Positions 1 through 16,212 of a stretch of 64,000 nt of DNA are shown here, one piece after another. Position 1 is the stretch's first letter, and every line of letters starts with the position of its first letter. Under the pieces are notes generated by a model. The model was not told the DNA's origin, made no database searches, and was given only the letters and a program-made list of their open reading frames with translations. Origin of the DNA: Bugula neritina (taxonomy: Eukaryota > Animalia > Bryozoa). Where the stretch lies: contig OZ037767.1 in NCBI GenBank assembly GCA_964035545.1, forward strand, positions 19,794,628 to 19,858,627, written 5' to 3'. The translations under genes and the position numbers were made by a program.

Positions 1-2622
1 TGGGGGACCTCCATCCCTCCTCTCGATGTTGAGACACTGTTTGCAACCTCCGTCAGGTCGGCGACTCAACCCATCCGCATTGCTGTGTCTCTTGCCCGGT
101 CGGTGTTCGATCCGGTACGAGAATTCAGCTAGGATTTCGAGCCACCGAGCGACCTGACTAGAGGGCTCTGCTCTCCTGCACAACCAGATCAGCGAGGCAT
201 GATCCGTACGCAGCCGGAACTTCCTGCTATATAGGTATGGTCTGAAGTGCTTCACTGACTTGATTACTGCCAGCAGCTCCTTGCGGGTAGTGCAGTAATT
301 TCGTTCAGCGGGTGAGAGAGACTTGCTGTAATAGGCTACTACTACCTCTCGGCCTTCCTGCACTTGTGACAGCACAGCGCCAACATTCTGGTCACTGGCG
401 TCCGTGTCAAGGATGTACTCCAGAGTTGGGTCTGGGTAGGCCAAGATGGGCGCCGTTAGTAGGCAGCCCTTGAGGCGGTCGAACGCTTCTTGTTCGACTG
501 GAGTCTACTGCCACGTCACTCCCTTTGCGGTGAGCCGGTTTAACGGCTGGGCTATGCCCGCAAAGTCTGGTATGTATTGCCTGTAATACCCTACCAGCCC
601 CAAGAAAGCCCGGAGTCCGGTCAAGTCTTGGGGGGTGACCCAGTCTTCTACCGCCCGTACCTTTTCGGGATCCGTTGCCACGCCGTTTCGACCGACAACG
701 TGCCCCAGGTACTTGACCTCCGGCTGCAATAGAGCGCACTTGGAAGGTTTGAGCTTAAGACCGGCACCTCGGAGTCTCTCGAAAACCTCCTGCAGACGAC
801 TGACATGTGTCTCGAAGTCTGGAGAGATTACGATGACATCATCGAGGTAGACCAGCAGTGTCTTCCAATGGAGTCCGCTAAGGACTTGTTCCATCAGCCT
901 CTGGAAGGTGGCTGGGGCGGAGGTTAACCCGAAGGGCAGCACCTTCCACTTCCACAAACCGTCCCGTGTGATAAACGCCGCTTTCTCTTGGGCGTCGGGA
1001 CTCAGAGGAACTTGCCAATAGCCGCTTAGCAAGTCTAACGTACTGAAGTACTTGCTGCCGGCTAGGGCGTCCAATGACTCGTCAATACGAGGTAGAGGGT
1101 AGGCGTCCTGTATGGTTACGCTATTGAGTTTGCGGTAGTCCACACAGAACCGCCAACTGCCGTCTTTCTTCCGGACCAGTACGACTGGCGAGCTCCACGC
1201 ACTATGGGCGGGCTCTATCAGTCCCCGGTCCAGAAGATCCCGTACTTGTCGGCTAACCTCCTTCTCTTTCTCCGGCCCCAACCTGCGGGTGGGCTGCCGG
1301 ACAGGGACTGTCCCTGCAGTCAGCGGTATTTCGTGTCTGACAATTCCAGTCAGTCCCACGTCATGCTCCCCGCTGCTGAACACATCACCGTAGTCGCGTA
1401 GTAACTTAGCCATAGCTTGGCGTTCCCGGTTACTCGCGCAGCCGCCACTGGCTGTTTCATATAACTCCCGGAGATGTGTTGGGACTGCCCCTCGTCCCTG
1501 AATAGGGTGTCGAGGGAGTGCCTCTGTCGCATCACCCAGCGACGGGCCTACGTCTCCCTCCTGAACAGAGTGAAAACGGCCCAGCATCGACCCAGCCGGG
1601 AGCTTGATAGGCTCGGTAAAGGGGTTGACGCACTGCACTAAGATCTCCCCTTGCTCAGTCAGCTGATTCAGACTGCTGGCAAGTTGGATCTTTTCGTGCG
1701 CGCCTTCAACCACCCCGAGTCCAGAGATCCGGCTACTATTCACCCTGCAGTGAATGGTAGCCCGGGAGCGGCCTGGTATGGTACGGTTGCGTACCACTTG
1801 CACACCTCCCACTAAAGGGCGGCCGAACTTGTCGACGCAGGCGAGTTCTCGCCCGGACATCATCATTGCAGATCTGCTAAAATCTATGTGACATCCGTGC
1901 CGTTTAAGGAACGGCATCCCGAGGATAGCATCCTCCTTGAGCTGACTGACGATGAACGTCTCTTGGATCGTTTGATCGCGGACTCGTCCCGTCAGCTCAA
2001 TTCTACCATAGAAGGGAAGGCACGACCCGTCAGCTAGGGTGCCGTATTCCCCTTCGTATGCTTCCATCTCGCCCCTGACCCTAGCGCTGAGGGTGTCGAA
2101 GAGTTGGCGGCTTAAGAGGTTTGTGGTACAGCCCGAATCAATGAGAAAAGTAACAGCTTTGCCTTCCAGTTTACCGGGCAAGAAATAGCTGTTCCCATGG
2201 GGCTGCACCTGAACTCTCCCTTCAGGCCTTACTCTCGCAGGGAGTACCTCCCTCGCTTTGGGTCGCGAAGGAGGTCTCTTGGGGCGGTGATAGGTAGGCC
2301 TCGGGGGTGCCGAGGCTAGATTCTCAGCTACCTTTGTGTGCTCCCATCCAGATTCTTGGACTTGTAGCCCTGTGAATCTGTTGTGAAGGGGCATAGAAAA
2401 GGCAGCCGCGGGGCGAAGCCCCTTGCTGGTCCGTCGTGGCTGTTGCCACTGTTGGTTGCCAGTACGCGGTACCCGTCTGGGTGACCTGCGTTTCTTCTTC
2501 CCTAGAGGTTTCATCGTCGGCCCGCGGAAGGTGGGAACATCTGCGGGCCGCGGTAGTTTAACCCCTGGTTTAGGAAGGGACAATATCGGCGGAAATGTCC
2601 TTGATTTCCGCACTCCCAGCAA
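1..2622 (-). pseudogene. pol: Gypsy pol polyprotein (protease, RT, RNase H) interrupted by an in-frame TAG at 505-507
   Basis: Protease LIDSGCT; RT motifs WSSPVVLV, RFCVDYR, LDLLSGYWQ, LPFGL, YLDD. The same frame continues past the stop as TPVEQEAFDRLK...ILDTDASDQNVGAVLSQ...YYSKSL...ELLAV...TDHASL...NADGLSR (RNase H). Confidence 0.93.
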
Positions 2623-3464
2623 AAACTGACTGTTTCTCCCTGTGGCGGCGCCGATGGCCGCATGGGCTCAGGGGCGGTACTCACTGGGTTTTGTGGTGTC
2701 AGTGTTGCTATCAGCTTGGCTAGCATGTCCGTCAGTTGAGTGACTTTTGATGCCGTCGCCAACTGGGACACGGCAGCCGCGGCGGGGGTTTCCTCCCCTT
2801 GTCCCGCGGCCGTGTCTGCGCGGTCTATCTCCACTTGGCGGGAGCTTCCGCGACTTTTATGCATTTGATTAGCTAGGAGGTAAGCTTCCCCCTCAGTCAG
2901 AGCATCTTCAACGGTGGTGACTCCCCTAGCTAGAAACTGGTGGTGGAGACCCAGATCGTCGACAGATGCTATGAAAGCGTCGAGGGTGTACCTCTCGCGG
3001 TTGACTGGGGGCAAGTCGCTGTACGCGATCTGTGCCAGCTTCATGACCGCGGCGGCATGCTCCCGCAGCGGGGTGCGGGGATCACGCCGCAACCTCTGCA
3101 ATCGGGCCCTGGCATCTGTAGCAGAGAGGCCAAAGCGGGCCCGCAGAGAAGCAAAGATATTATCAATGTCTACGCCCAGCCCATAGGGCTTGGCTTTGTC
3201 CATCAATGCCATTCTAAGCTTCAGCAGGGCCACCCTAGGGGGCCACTGAGCGACGTCCATTACGTCGCTAAACTCTTGGATAAATTGTTCCACCTCCTCT
3301 TCACCCGAGAAGGTGGGCGCCTTTAACCTGTAGCGGTCTTCAGCTAGTTCTCGCGGAACCCTTCGCTCTTCTACTACATGGTTAACAGGCATTGTCTCTA
3401 CAGCATTGTCTCTACGCTCACCTTCGATTGCCGGTGGTTGCGTTCCAGCATTTTCAGTCTCCAT
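2511..3464 (-). CDS. gag: Gypsy Gag protein with CCHC zinc knuckle
   Basis: 317-aa ORF starting 13 nt after the PBS; CWECGNQGHFRRYC knuckle near the C-terminus; overlaps pol in the -1 frame. Confidence 0.9.
   Translation of the reverse strand: METENAGTQPPAIEGERRDNAVETMPVNHVVEERRVPRELAEDRYRLKAPTFSGEEEVEQFIQEFSDVMDVAQWPPRVALLKLRMALMDKAKPYGLGVDIDNIFASLRARFGLSATDARARLQRLRRDPRTPLREHAAAVMKLAQIAYSDLPPVNRERYTLDAFIASVDDLGLHHQFLARGVTTVEDALTEGEAYLLANQMHKSRGSSRQVEIDRADTAAGQGEETPAAAAVSQLATASKVTQLTDMLAKLIATLTPQNPVSTAPEPMRPSAPPQGETVSFCWECGNQGHFRRYCPFLNQGLNYRGPQMFPPSAGRR
2519..2562 (-). promoter_or_regulatory. Putative -1 programmed ribosomal frameshift signal (gag to pol)
   Basis: Minus strand reads G_TTA_AAC (2562-2556), a 6-nt spacer, then hairpin GGCCCGCAGA-loop-TCCGCGGGCC (2549-2519). 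Gag reads TTA AAC and pol reads GTT AAA. Confidence 0.7.
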
Positions 3465-3476
3465 CTTGGATGCACT

Positions 3477-3494
3477 ATCCCACCGCTGCCACCA
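3477..3494 (-). promoter_or_regulatory. Primer-binding site complementary to the tRNA-Leu 3' end
   Basis: TGGTGGCAGCGGTGGGAT (18 nt), 1 nt inside the LTR terminus ...TAACA. Confidence 0.88.
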
Positions 3495-3495
3495 C

Positions 3496-3802
3496 TGTTA
3501 AGATTTTCAGATTTAGGGTTGATGTGCTATCCAGAGAGTCTATTTATCTACTATAGAACTGCACCAGGATAAGTCGAGTGAACGAGTATATTTTATACAC
3601 AACTATACATTATAAAAACACGATACATTATTTCCAAACGAGTTACACATCTAATCTATTTCACACTCTAGCTTCGACTGAGTTAGCAGCGGGAAACTAC
3701 AATTGCTGCTAACTATCAACTACGCTAATTGGCTATCCATTGTTCCGGGTCAATTACGCGACCCTACATGTTGTGCTGCTGGTAGTTCCACGAACCACCA
3801 CA
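3496..3802 (-). repeat. 5' LTR of Gypsy #1 (about 307 bp)
   Basis: TG...CA termini, adjacent to the PBS. The outer end TGTGGTGGTTCG resembles the LTR start of Gypsy #3 (TGTGGTGGCTCG). The partner LTR is outside the window. Confidence 0.75.
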
Positions 3803-4999
3803 TTATTACTAAAATATTGTAATGGTTAGCGGAAGCGTACACATGACTTAATAATGTTAGAGTGTCCAATCAAACTGAAGCACGTAATTACCTCCCATTA
3901 TCTAGTGTACATTGTGTTTATACCTGATGCTTAAATTTTGTTCATTATATAACCTCAGTTTATAGGAGACTGTGAGTCTATGTAAAGGAGCTGGTGATGT
4001 CATCACTATAGTTGGGGATCTTACCATTGAATCTGATGTGGTGAGAATTATTGAGAAGACAATAGAACACCACAAACAGCTGGATGTGTTGGTAAGAACT
4101 AGCGTTACTTATTAAAAGTATTTCTGTGGTCTGAGAGCATAGTATAGGTCTATAGGATGTTTGTTTCTTTTCCTACAAGTATGTGTAAGGCATATGAATG
4201 TAACTAAATTGTTATACAGTATTTCTGTTTAATTCTAGTTTACAATTATTATAATATCTGAGTCTTACACTACACTCACCTAGCTACTGCAACCTGTAGT
4301 TCCATTAGTTTACACTAGCTCCTAAATACTACTTTAATACATACAATATGTTCATGATATTTGTTCTAATTTTCAGCTATAAGTTCTAGAATTTGATGTT
4401 TTTACATATTTTATAACAATCTAGAAACTATAGTTGAACAAAGAAATTGCTGAATATGTAAATATAATCTATTTGTGTATTTGTATTATTCATAAAGGTT
4501 AATAACGCAGGAATAGGAAGATTCAATAGCATCATAGATGAGACTCTGGAACAATTTGACTTGATAATGGCTACCAAATTAATGTCAGAGCTGTGTACCA
4601 TCTGACAAAACTGGCTGTTCCATATCTGATTGAGAGTAAAGGATCCATTGTCATCACATCTAGTGTGGCATCGAAAATGTCGGTGCGTGAAACTTTATTT
4701 CATTGATTGTAACTTTGAAAAACAATCACAATTGGTTCTATAGAACAACTGCTGATGGAAACTATACCTATGACATAGCCTATTGCTGGATAGTTTTAGT
4801 TTCATTTAGTATGTAATTAGCTATTTAAAATTAAATCTATATAAGAAGCAATTTTTAAAAGTAATTATAATTAACAGTGTTGAAGTTCTTTTTGTAAACA
4901 AGTATAATGATGATTTTATTTTGTTGCTACGATATAAAGTTACATCTACATTTAGCAGCAAAACGATTAATTTTGTTTCACCGAATTTCAATGATATCT

Positions 5000-5147
5000 T
5001 ACTATCACTCAATATTACTCTATTATACCTAACCTTCCTTAATATCACTCATTATTACTCAATATCACTCAATATCACTCACTATCACTCACTATCACTC
5101 ACTATTACTCACTTTCACCCAATATCACTCAATATATCACTCACTAT
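5000..5147 (+). repeat. Degenerate 10-mer tandem repeat (AATATCACTC)n
   Basis: Directly visible. Shorter relics occur at about 5670-5705 and, on the opposite strand, in intron 4 of H and I. Confidence 0.8.
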
Positions 5148-5664
5148 TGTGACAGCCAATAGTGGCTACTGTATCGGCTGATATTTGTTGCTGCGTCAGC
5201 ACGGATGCTGTTTGGCACGGATGCCTATGTATTGTGATTCACTTAATAAAGGGTGAATGGATGGAGGATACAGATGCAGGCCACAACTCTATTTTTGTCT
5301 ATTGCCAACAGTATATTTTCCAAGTTAGACTTCATTCATACTTAAACTCATACTCATACTTGTACTTGTACTTTAATGTAACCTATAACCATAAAAATTA
5401 CAAAAATCTTGTTAACTTAACATTAATTACATAGCTGACAAAACATTTAGTTAATGAAGTTTAAAACAAAAGATAATATAATACTTGATACTACAATTAT
5501 TTTGACAATTAAGTATAGATTGCCTGCATCTTTAGCAGGAGAAAAACTGAGCTACACTGAGTCATCTATCAAAAACTGTCAGTAAATAGCTATCGCGAAA
5601 GCTTTCACAAATAGCTTTCGTTACACAATGATTTTTGGAAAGCTGCCAAAAAGCCACTGCAACA
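5148..5664. mobile_element. Probable solo LTR (517 bp) in intron 4 of gene A
   Basis: Starts TGTGAC, ends GCAACA, flanked by the 5-bp direct repeat ACTAT (5143-5147 and 5665-5669). Absent from the homologous intron of paralog I. Confidence 0.6.
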
Positions 5665-7139
5665 ACTATCACTGAATATCACTCACAATCACTCACAATT
5701 ACTCAAAAATACTCTTCATAATTTAATAACACTTTCCATCACTATCACTTTTTCCCCATTACTAACAATGAATATTTTATTAATCTACCAAACTTTATAC
5801 TGTTTTAGTGCCCCACAGCTGTAGCATACAGCATGTCAAAAGCAGCCTTAGACCAGTTAACAAGAAGTCTAGCCTTAGATCTTGCTTCTAAACAAGTGAG
5901 GGTGAACACTGTCAAGTATGTATTGATAATTTCAGTTCTTTTTGTATAAAATATGAAAATATACCTCTAGTTCATGGTTTCAAGATGAATATCATTTATG
6001 TAGCCATCATATTTATAATCTTATTGCTGTTCAATTGACTTACAGTTTGGAGGGAAATCATACTTGCTTCCTGTTTGAAAAATTATAATTCAACTAATTT
6101 TGGATAAAAAACAACAAATTAAATTTTGGGACTCACCAGGCAGACATGCTCTCACACTAACATTAAAACTCTCCTGGCCATATTCTGATGCCATGGTATG
6201 ACAGCAAATTATAGACCTATGAGAGTTTTTTGTAAGCATATGAGCAATGGTAACGGTTAGATACATTATTGCGGGCATATATCAGACAAATTATTGAATA
6301 GGTTTTGGATTACTTGGCGCTCCATATAAACAAAAAAAACATCATATATTTTAATCAAACTATTAAAAAAAGTAATTGAACAAAACATATTTCATATATG
6401 TCCATGTAAATTTTGTTGATATAAAATTTAAAACAAAAGTCCTATAAGTCATATATACTTTGTTGCTTTATTATACAGGATCAGGTTTTTCAAGTTAGGT
6501 TTTAAATAAAGTGAAAACTTTATTCATGAATTTTTATTGGCATATTTCAAAAATATAATTGATAGTTTATATTTGGTGTAAAATAATGCTATGATATTAT
6601 TTTAGCCCAGGTATGATTGCAACAAAAATCTATGAAGGTGCAATGCCAAAAGATGATGTACCGGCTGTAAGTAGAGCAAAAGTTTCTTGTAGCATTTACT
6701 CTTTTGAAATATTTTCACTAACAGCAAGTCTATAATTACTTAGATGTTACTTTTAGTTTTTTGAACGCACTGCCAGCATTTACCCTACTGGAAGAATTGG
6801 ACAACCAGATGAAATAGCCAAGTCTATAGCTTTTCTGGCTAGTAGTGAGTCAAGTTTTACAACTGGAGTAACACTACTCGTAGATGGAGGATTTAACCTG
6901 ACTACAGCTGATCTTCCTTCGCAATAAAATTACAACAATTAGCTATTTTCTGTTTTCTTCATTTTTTGCCAACAGATGGACTACATTCTTACAGATTGCA
7001 TGTTTACTTTCTACGTCTTAGGAAATTTTCTTGTAAGAAATTTTGTTATATGCATTTCCTTTTCTAGGTTTGACTTGCATAAAACAAGAATTGCTTAATA
7101 AAACACCAACTATATACCAACAGCTTCTGGGTCTCTTTT

Positions 7140-7290
7140 GTATTTTAATGTATTGCATTGTATTGCAATGTATTGTATTGTATTGCATTGCATTGCATGG
7201 CAATGTATTGTATTGCATTGTATTGTATTACATCACATGGCAATTTCGTGGCATTACATGGCAATATATTGTATTATATACGATATCCTG
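7140..7290 (+). repeat. Pentanucleotide microsatellite (TGTAT/TGCAT)n
   Basis: Directly visible. Confidence 0.85.
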
Positions 7291-7410
7291 CTGTGTTATT
7301 ACTCATTATGTTATAATGTAATAAAGTGTATAGCCTAACATTTGCATATCCCAAAGTATAGTGATTTCGCACATATGACTGCCACCTATTTGATCAATAC
7401 TATAATATTA

Positions 7411-7582
7411 TTACTATAACCATACATGCTCTTTATTATATACTATAACCATACATGCTCTTTATTATATACTATAACTATATATACTCTTTATTATGTA
7501 CTATAATCATATATACTCATTATTCTATACTATAATCATATATACTCATTATTCTATACTATAATCATATATACTCATTAAA
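7411..7582 (+). repeat. Approximately 29-bp minisatellite (TACTATAACCATACATGCTCTTTATTATA-like), about 6 units
   Basis: Directly visible tandem units. Confidence 0.85.
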
Positions 7583-7934
7583 GGTATAAAAACATGTCAA
7601 ATGAACCATCAGATATTCCTTAAATAGATGTTGTAGCCAAACAACCAATTCGATAAACTTAAAATATAGGAGTTCATTTGCCTTCATATTATACTCAAAA
7701 TCTAGATATTTCAAAAACAGGTCGGTTTATTATTTCCATAATACTTGTTGTGTGAAGATATAATTTTTTGTTTATTACCATTACATATGCTAGGTTAATT
7801 AGCTCAAATAAATGCTTTTTTGATGCTAATAGAAAACATTTCTGAAGTTTATGCTTTTTAATACAAACAATTTCAAATAAATAAGTCCTTCAAGTCGCCT
7901 GCAAATGTCTATCACATCTGCTTTTCTCACATAA

Positions 7935-8096
<162 letters not shown>

Positions 8097-8187
8097 AAAT
8101 GAGTGTTTATAAAACGTTACTAGAGTGCTCTATAGAAATAAATCTAGAGCATAAACATTAGAAGAAGTAAAATGAGATTTGATTAAT

Positions 8188-8258
8188 ATAATGGCATTTA
8201 TTACTAGTAGTTTCGTACACAAGAACGATGTGCACTCGTCAGATAAATTAGCCACTAT
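8188..8258 (-). ncRNA. Type I hammerhead ribozyme (copy 1)
   Basis: Exact reverse complement of 8763-8833. Confidence 0.85.
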
Positions 8259-8355
8259 GATTGCTTACAACTATAAATAATGTAATATGTAAATATACAC
8301 AGATTAAAGCTAGAAGATCAAAATATAGCAAAGAGGTAGCATTGGAATTAATTGG

Positions 8356-8535
8356 CTATGTTACAGCATTCTTGAGTAGAAATTTACTACTATGTCTGCA
8401 TATGGATAAAAAGTCATAGCGCTTATTGAGGGAAGACAACTGTGGCTTATAAAGAATGAAAAAATTTTCCCATGAGCATAGCTGACAGTTTTTAGTGTTG
8501 TTGTTGTATGGTTGAGCTTTTCTGAGAATTTTCCA
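8356..8535 (-). pseudogene. C-terminal 59 aa of a Penelope-like GIY-YIG endonuclease domain (fragment; absent from the ORF track)
   Basis: Manual translation: WKILRKAQPYNNNTKNCQLCSWENFFILYKPQLSSLNKRYDFLSICRHSSKFLLKNAVT*. The pattern WxI...CxLCxxE...LNKR...CRH was recognised from PLE ORF ends. Confidence 0.78.
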
Positions 8536-8762
8536 CTAAAAACTGTCCGCTATGCTCATGGGAAAATTTTTTCATTCTTTATAAGCCACAGTTGTCTTCC
8601 CTCAATAAGCGCTATGACTTTTTATCCATAGTAGTAAATTTCTACTCAAGAATGCTGTAACATAGCCAATTAATTCCAATGCTACCTCTTTGCTATATTT
8701 TGATCTTCTAGCTTTAATCTGTGTATATTTACATATTACATTATTTATAGTTGTAAGCAATC

Positions 8763-8833
8763 ATAGTGGCTAATTTATCTGACGAGTGCACATCGTTCTT
8801 GTGTACGAAACTACTAGTAATAAATGCCATTAT
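8763..8833 (+). ncRNA. Type I hammerhead ribozyme (copy 2)
   Basis: Stem I ATAGTGGC-ta-ATTTAT / ATAAAT-GCCATTAT; core CTGACGA; stem II GTGCAC/GTGTAC; GAAA; minimal stem III ACT-act-AGT; cleavage triplet GUA (after 8819). Confidence 0.87.
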
Positions 8834-8857
8834 ATTAATCAAATCTCATTTTACTTC

Positions 8858-9328
<471 letters not shown>

Positions 9329-9469
9329 ATTTTCACTCTACAAACTCTGCATGATTGCTGCTAAATTCATTTCGTTAGACACAAATTCAAGAAATAATTT
9401 CATGAAGCTATTATACTATAACTGCAGCTTAAGTGACTCCTTGTTTATGCCTTAGCTTACAGAAGATGC

Positions 9470-9870
9470 AACCTCTTGAAGATGTTTAGTAATTATCTTT
9501 AATAGAAAAAGGACCATCAAAGAATAAACCTACACACCTCTTGAATAACTATACATGTAATAGAATAGTTGTGCAGTGGCAATAACAAGACTATAAGAAT
9601 TTTTTCACAGTCAACAGTCAAATATAGATAACACTGTAGAGAGATGTTGATTGATAAACAATGTCTAACCTGTCCTAATCAATTTACTTGAGGTCAATGA
9701 CCTGTATAATAACATCTCATTACAGTGGTTATAAGATTAAATATGATTAAAATTGTTGATCCCTGGAATGGGGTTTGCCAAGTGCCTGTCTATAACATGT
9801 GAACTAAATCAGCTGATGCTACTTTATCATATGCTGTAGAGACCTAATCATCCTGGTTAACATCTAAACC
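9470..9870. repeat. Dispersed repeat; inverted copy at about 52110-52440
   Basis: For example, GAACTAAATCAGCTGATGCTACTTTATCATATG at about 9801 is the reverse complement of about 52159-52191. Boundaries approximate. Confidence 0.75.
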
Positions 9871-11337
9871 TGGTGCTTGACTGAACTATAGAGGCTCATT
9901 GTTTATGCAATATCTAAATATTTCTCGGGAATATTGCCATTACAACGTGTTTATGTCAAGAAAATATAAGTATTAAAGCTTTGGTTCATCAATAAATAAC
10001 CTACATTGAAGTTTAATGTTTACTAGAATGAGAAGAATTGACAAAACTTGATTCTAAGTCATCAAATTACAATTAAAAATAATTCCAGAAACTTAGCTCT
10101 ACCATCAGCACTGATAACTACAGTGAAGCGCACAAATTTTGTGAGCAATAAATTACGGCATTTACTTTTTAGGTATTGAAATATTTAATTTTGTAAAAAA
10201 TAATGTTTTATTGTTATGTAATCAGAGAGCAAAGCATGCCATTAAGTCAGTTTATTGCCTTGTTTTCAGCAAACAAGTGAGTGTTGGAATATAAATAGCT
10301 TTCTGTAATCTTGCTGAACATTCTAAGTCCTAGGATATTATGACACATGACTGTACGCCTGGATGAGCATAAAAATAATTTATATAGCATAATTCCTAGA
10401 CCAGTTTACTAGATAAAGGTGCATCATCACAGTATATATTTATCCTTTAAAATAAAATTTTGCATTTGGTAAACATGGTTAAGAAAGAACTGAATTGACT
10501 TCAGTGCACCTCCATTTTGACATACAATATAGTGGTTCAAACCAAATAGAGTTTGCAAGGAGCTTTTTAAATACGTTGCAAACATCCTTTAATATGATTT
10601 AAACTATTTCAGTTTTCCATCGAAAAAAATAAAAATACTTATGAGGTGGCAAGTTTAAACTTAGATGCATATTTTTAGAAGTGACTTTAAGATACACTGC
10701 TGCATTATTGGTAATTACCAAACAATGGGATTTGATTGGTTAAAGGACAGAGTATATATAGGGAGCTTTTACTTTTAATCAATGGGAAAGCTTTGAATTG
10801 TATGAATTGAAAGTTTAGATTTAGTTTCAAAGTTGCAGAAAAACAATTTACATAATTATACATATGCTATAATACATAATATTATAGCATAGCTTTTATC
10901 TAATTGCTTATCATCATAATAATTATTTTGTTTCTACTTTCATAGCAGTTTACACTAAAAATAGATTTTCTATCAACATATGCATTTCTATTCATTTTTT
11001 AACTCTCTGTTATAGGTATAAAACAACAATTAGCATTTAGCAAACTCTGATATCATTCCTAATAACTTGAAAAGTCTAAAATCATTTTAAGAGTTGAATG
11101 AAAGGTAAAATATGTGCAGAAAATATTAGGTCATTGCAAGACATTGTAACTCCTACAAGCAGCAAGTTTGTTATAAAATATAAAAACTGTAAAAAACCTC
11201 TAAAAAGTACATAAAACTTATAATTTTGGGCAATTAAAAGCTCAGAGATAAAAAATAACTAATTTTTTAATGTTTTTCAACTTTTGTTTCAAATTCATAA
11301 AAAATTTCTTCCAATTTCGCCCTGTTGCTTAATTGTC

Positions 11338-15591
<4,254 letters not shown>

Positions 15592-16009
15592 TTTATCCCG
15601 AACTGGCACTGATTCTTGTGCTACCTATGATCCACTTAAACACAGCTTCACTAAGTAAAAGATATAAAAGTATAGTTGCAACTATAACTAGAGTATAATC
15701 ATAAATTTGCAGATCAATAAAATATGCAGCTGCATCATGCCAGATGTCTGAAGTTAAATATTTTTGACGTTCATTTGATGTATTATCAGTGACTGGTTGC
15801 ATTCGGAGGCCATAGCTTTCATTTTCAGATATAGTAATATATTAATAGCATAAGCTATTTATAATTATAATGGTACTTTATCTTAAGCTATGAACATCAT
15901 GCTGGCAAGATGATATCATTAGTCTGTCGTATAGACCACAGTTGTCTAACTTATTTGATAGAGGGCCAAAATTTAGAAATCAGCATAACTACTTCACTGT
16001 ATAACAATT

Positions 16010-16212
16010 ATTATATGTTTATCTATGTAGCTCTATATTGCTATAGGCTCATCTATGTAGCTCTATATTGCTATAGGCTCATCTATGTAGCTCTATATTG
16101 CTATGGGCTCATCTATGTAGCTCATGTATATTACTATATATGCTCATCTGTGTAGCTGTATATATCACCATATGCTCATCTATGTAGCTGTATATTACTA
16201 TATGCTCATCTA
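16010..16212 (+). repeat. Approximately 30-bp minisatellite (ATGCTCATCTATGTAGCTGTATATTACTAT)
   Basis: Tandem units; same family at 26450-27295 and 32700-32860. Confidence 0.9.

Larger units (their letters stand above)
1..3802 (-). mobile_element. Ty3/Gypsy LTR retrotransposon #1 (5' part; continues beyond window start), inserted antisense in intron 2 of SDR gene A
   Basis: Minus-strand order: LTR (3496-3802), PBS, gag, then pol (PR-RT-RNase H). GC-rich against an AT-rich background. SDR exon 3 follows at 3966 with no exons 1-2 in the window. Confidence 0.95.
3966..6927 (+). pseudogene. SDR paralog A, exons 3-7 (3966-4091, 4498-4682, 5809-5915, 6606-6666, 6757-6927); frameshifted
   Basis: LDVL|VNNAG, ITSS, YSMSK, VRVNTVNPG, VDGG. 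Exon 4 is 185 nt instead of 180 because of an AAATT insertion at 4576-4580, giving TGA at 4603-4605. Confidence 0.88.

Noticed and set aside
635-3572. Plus-strand ORFs overlapping Gypsy #1 (and those antisense to Gypsy #2 and #3)
   Set aside because: Antisense shadows of coding sequence with no recognisable motifs.
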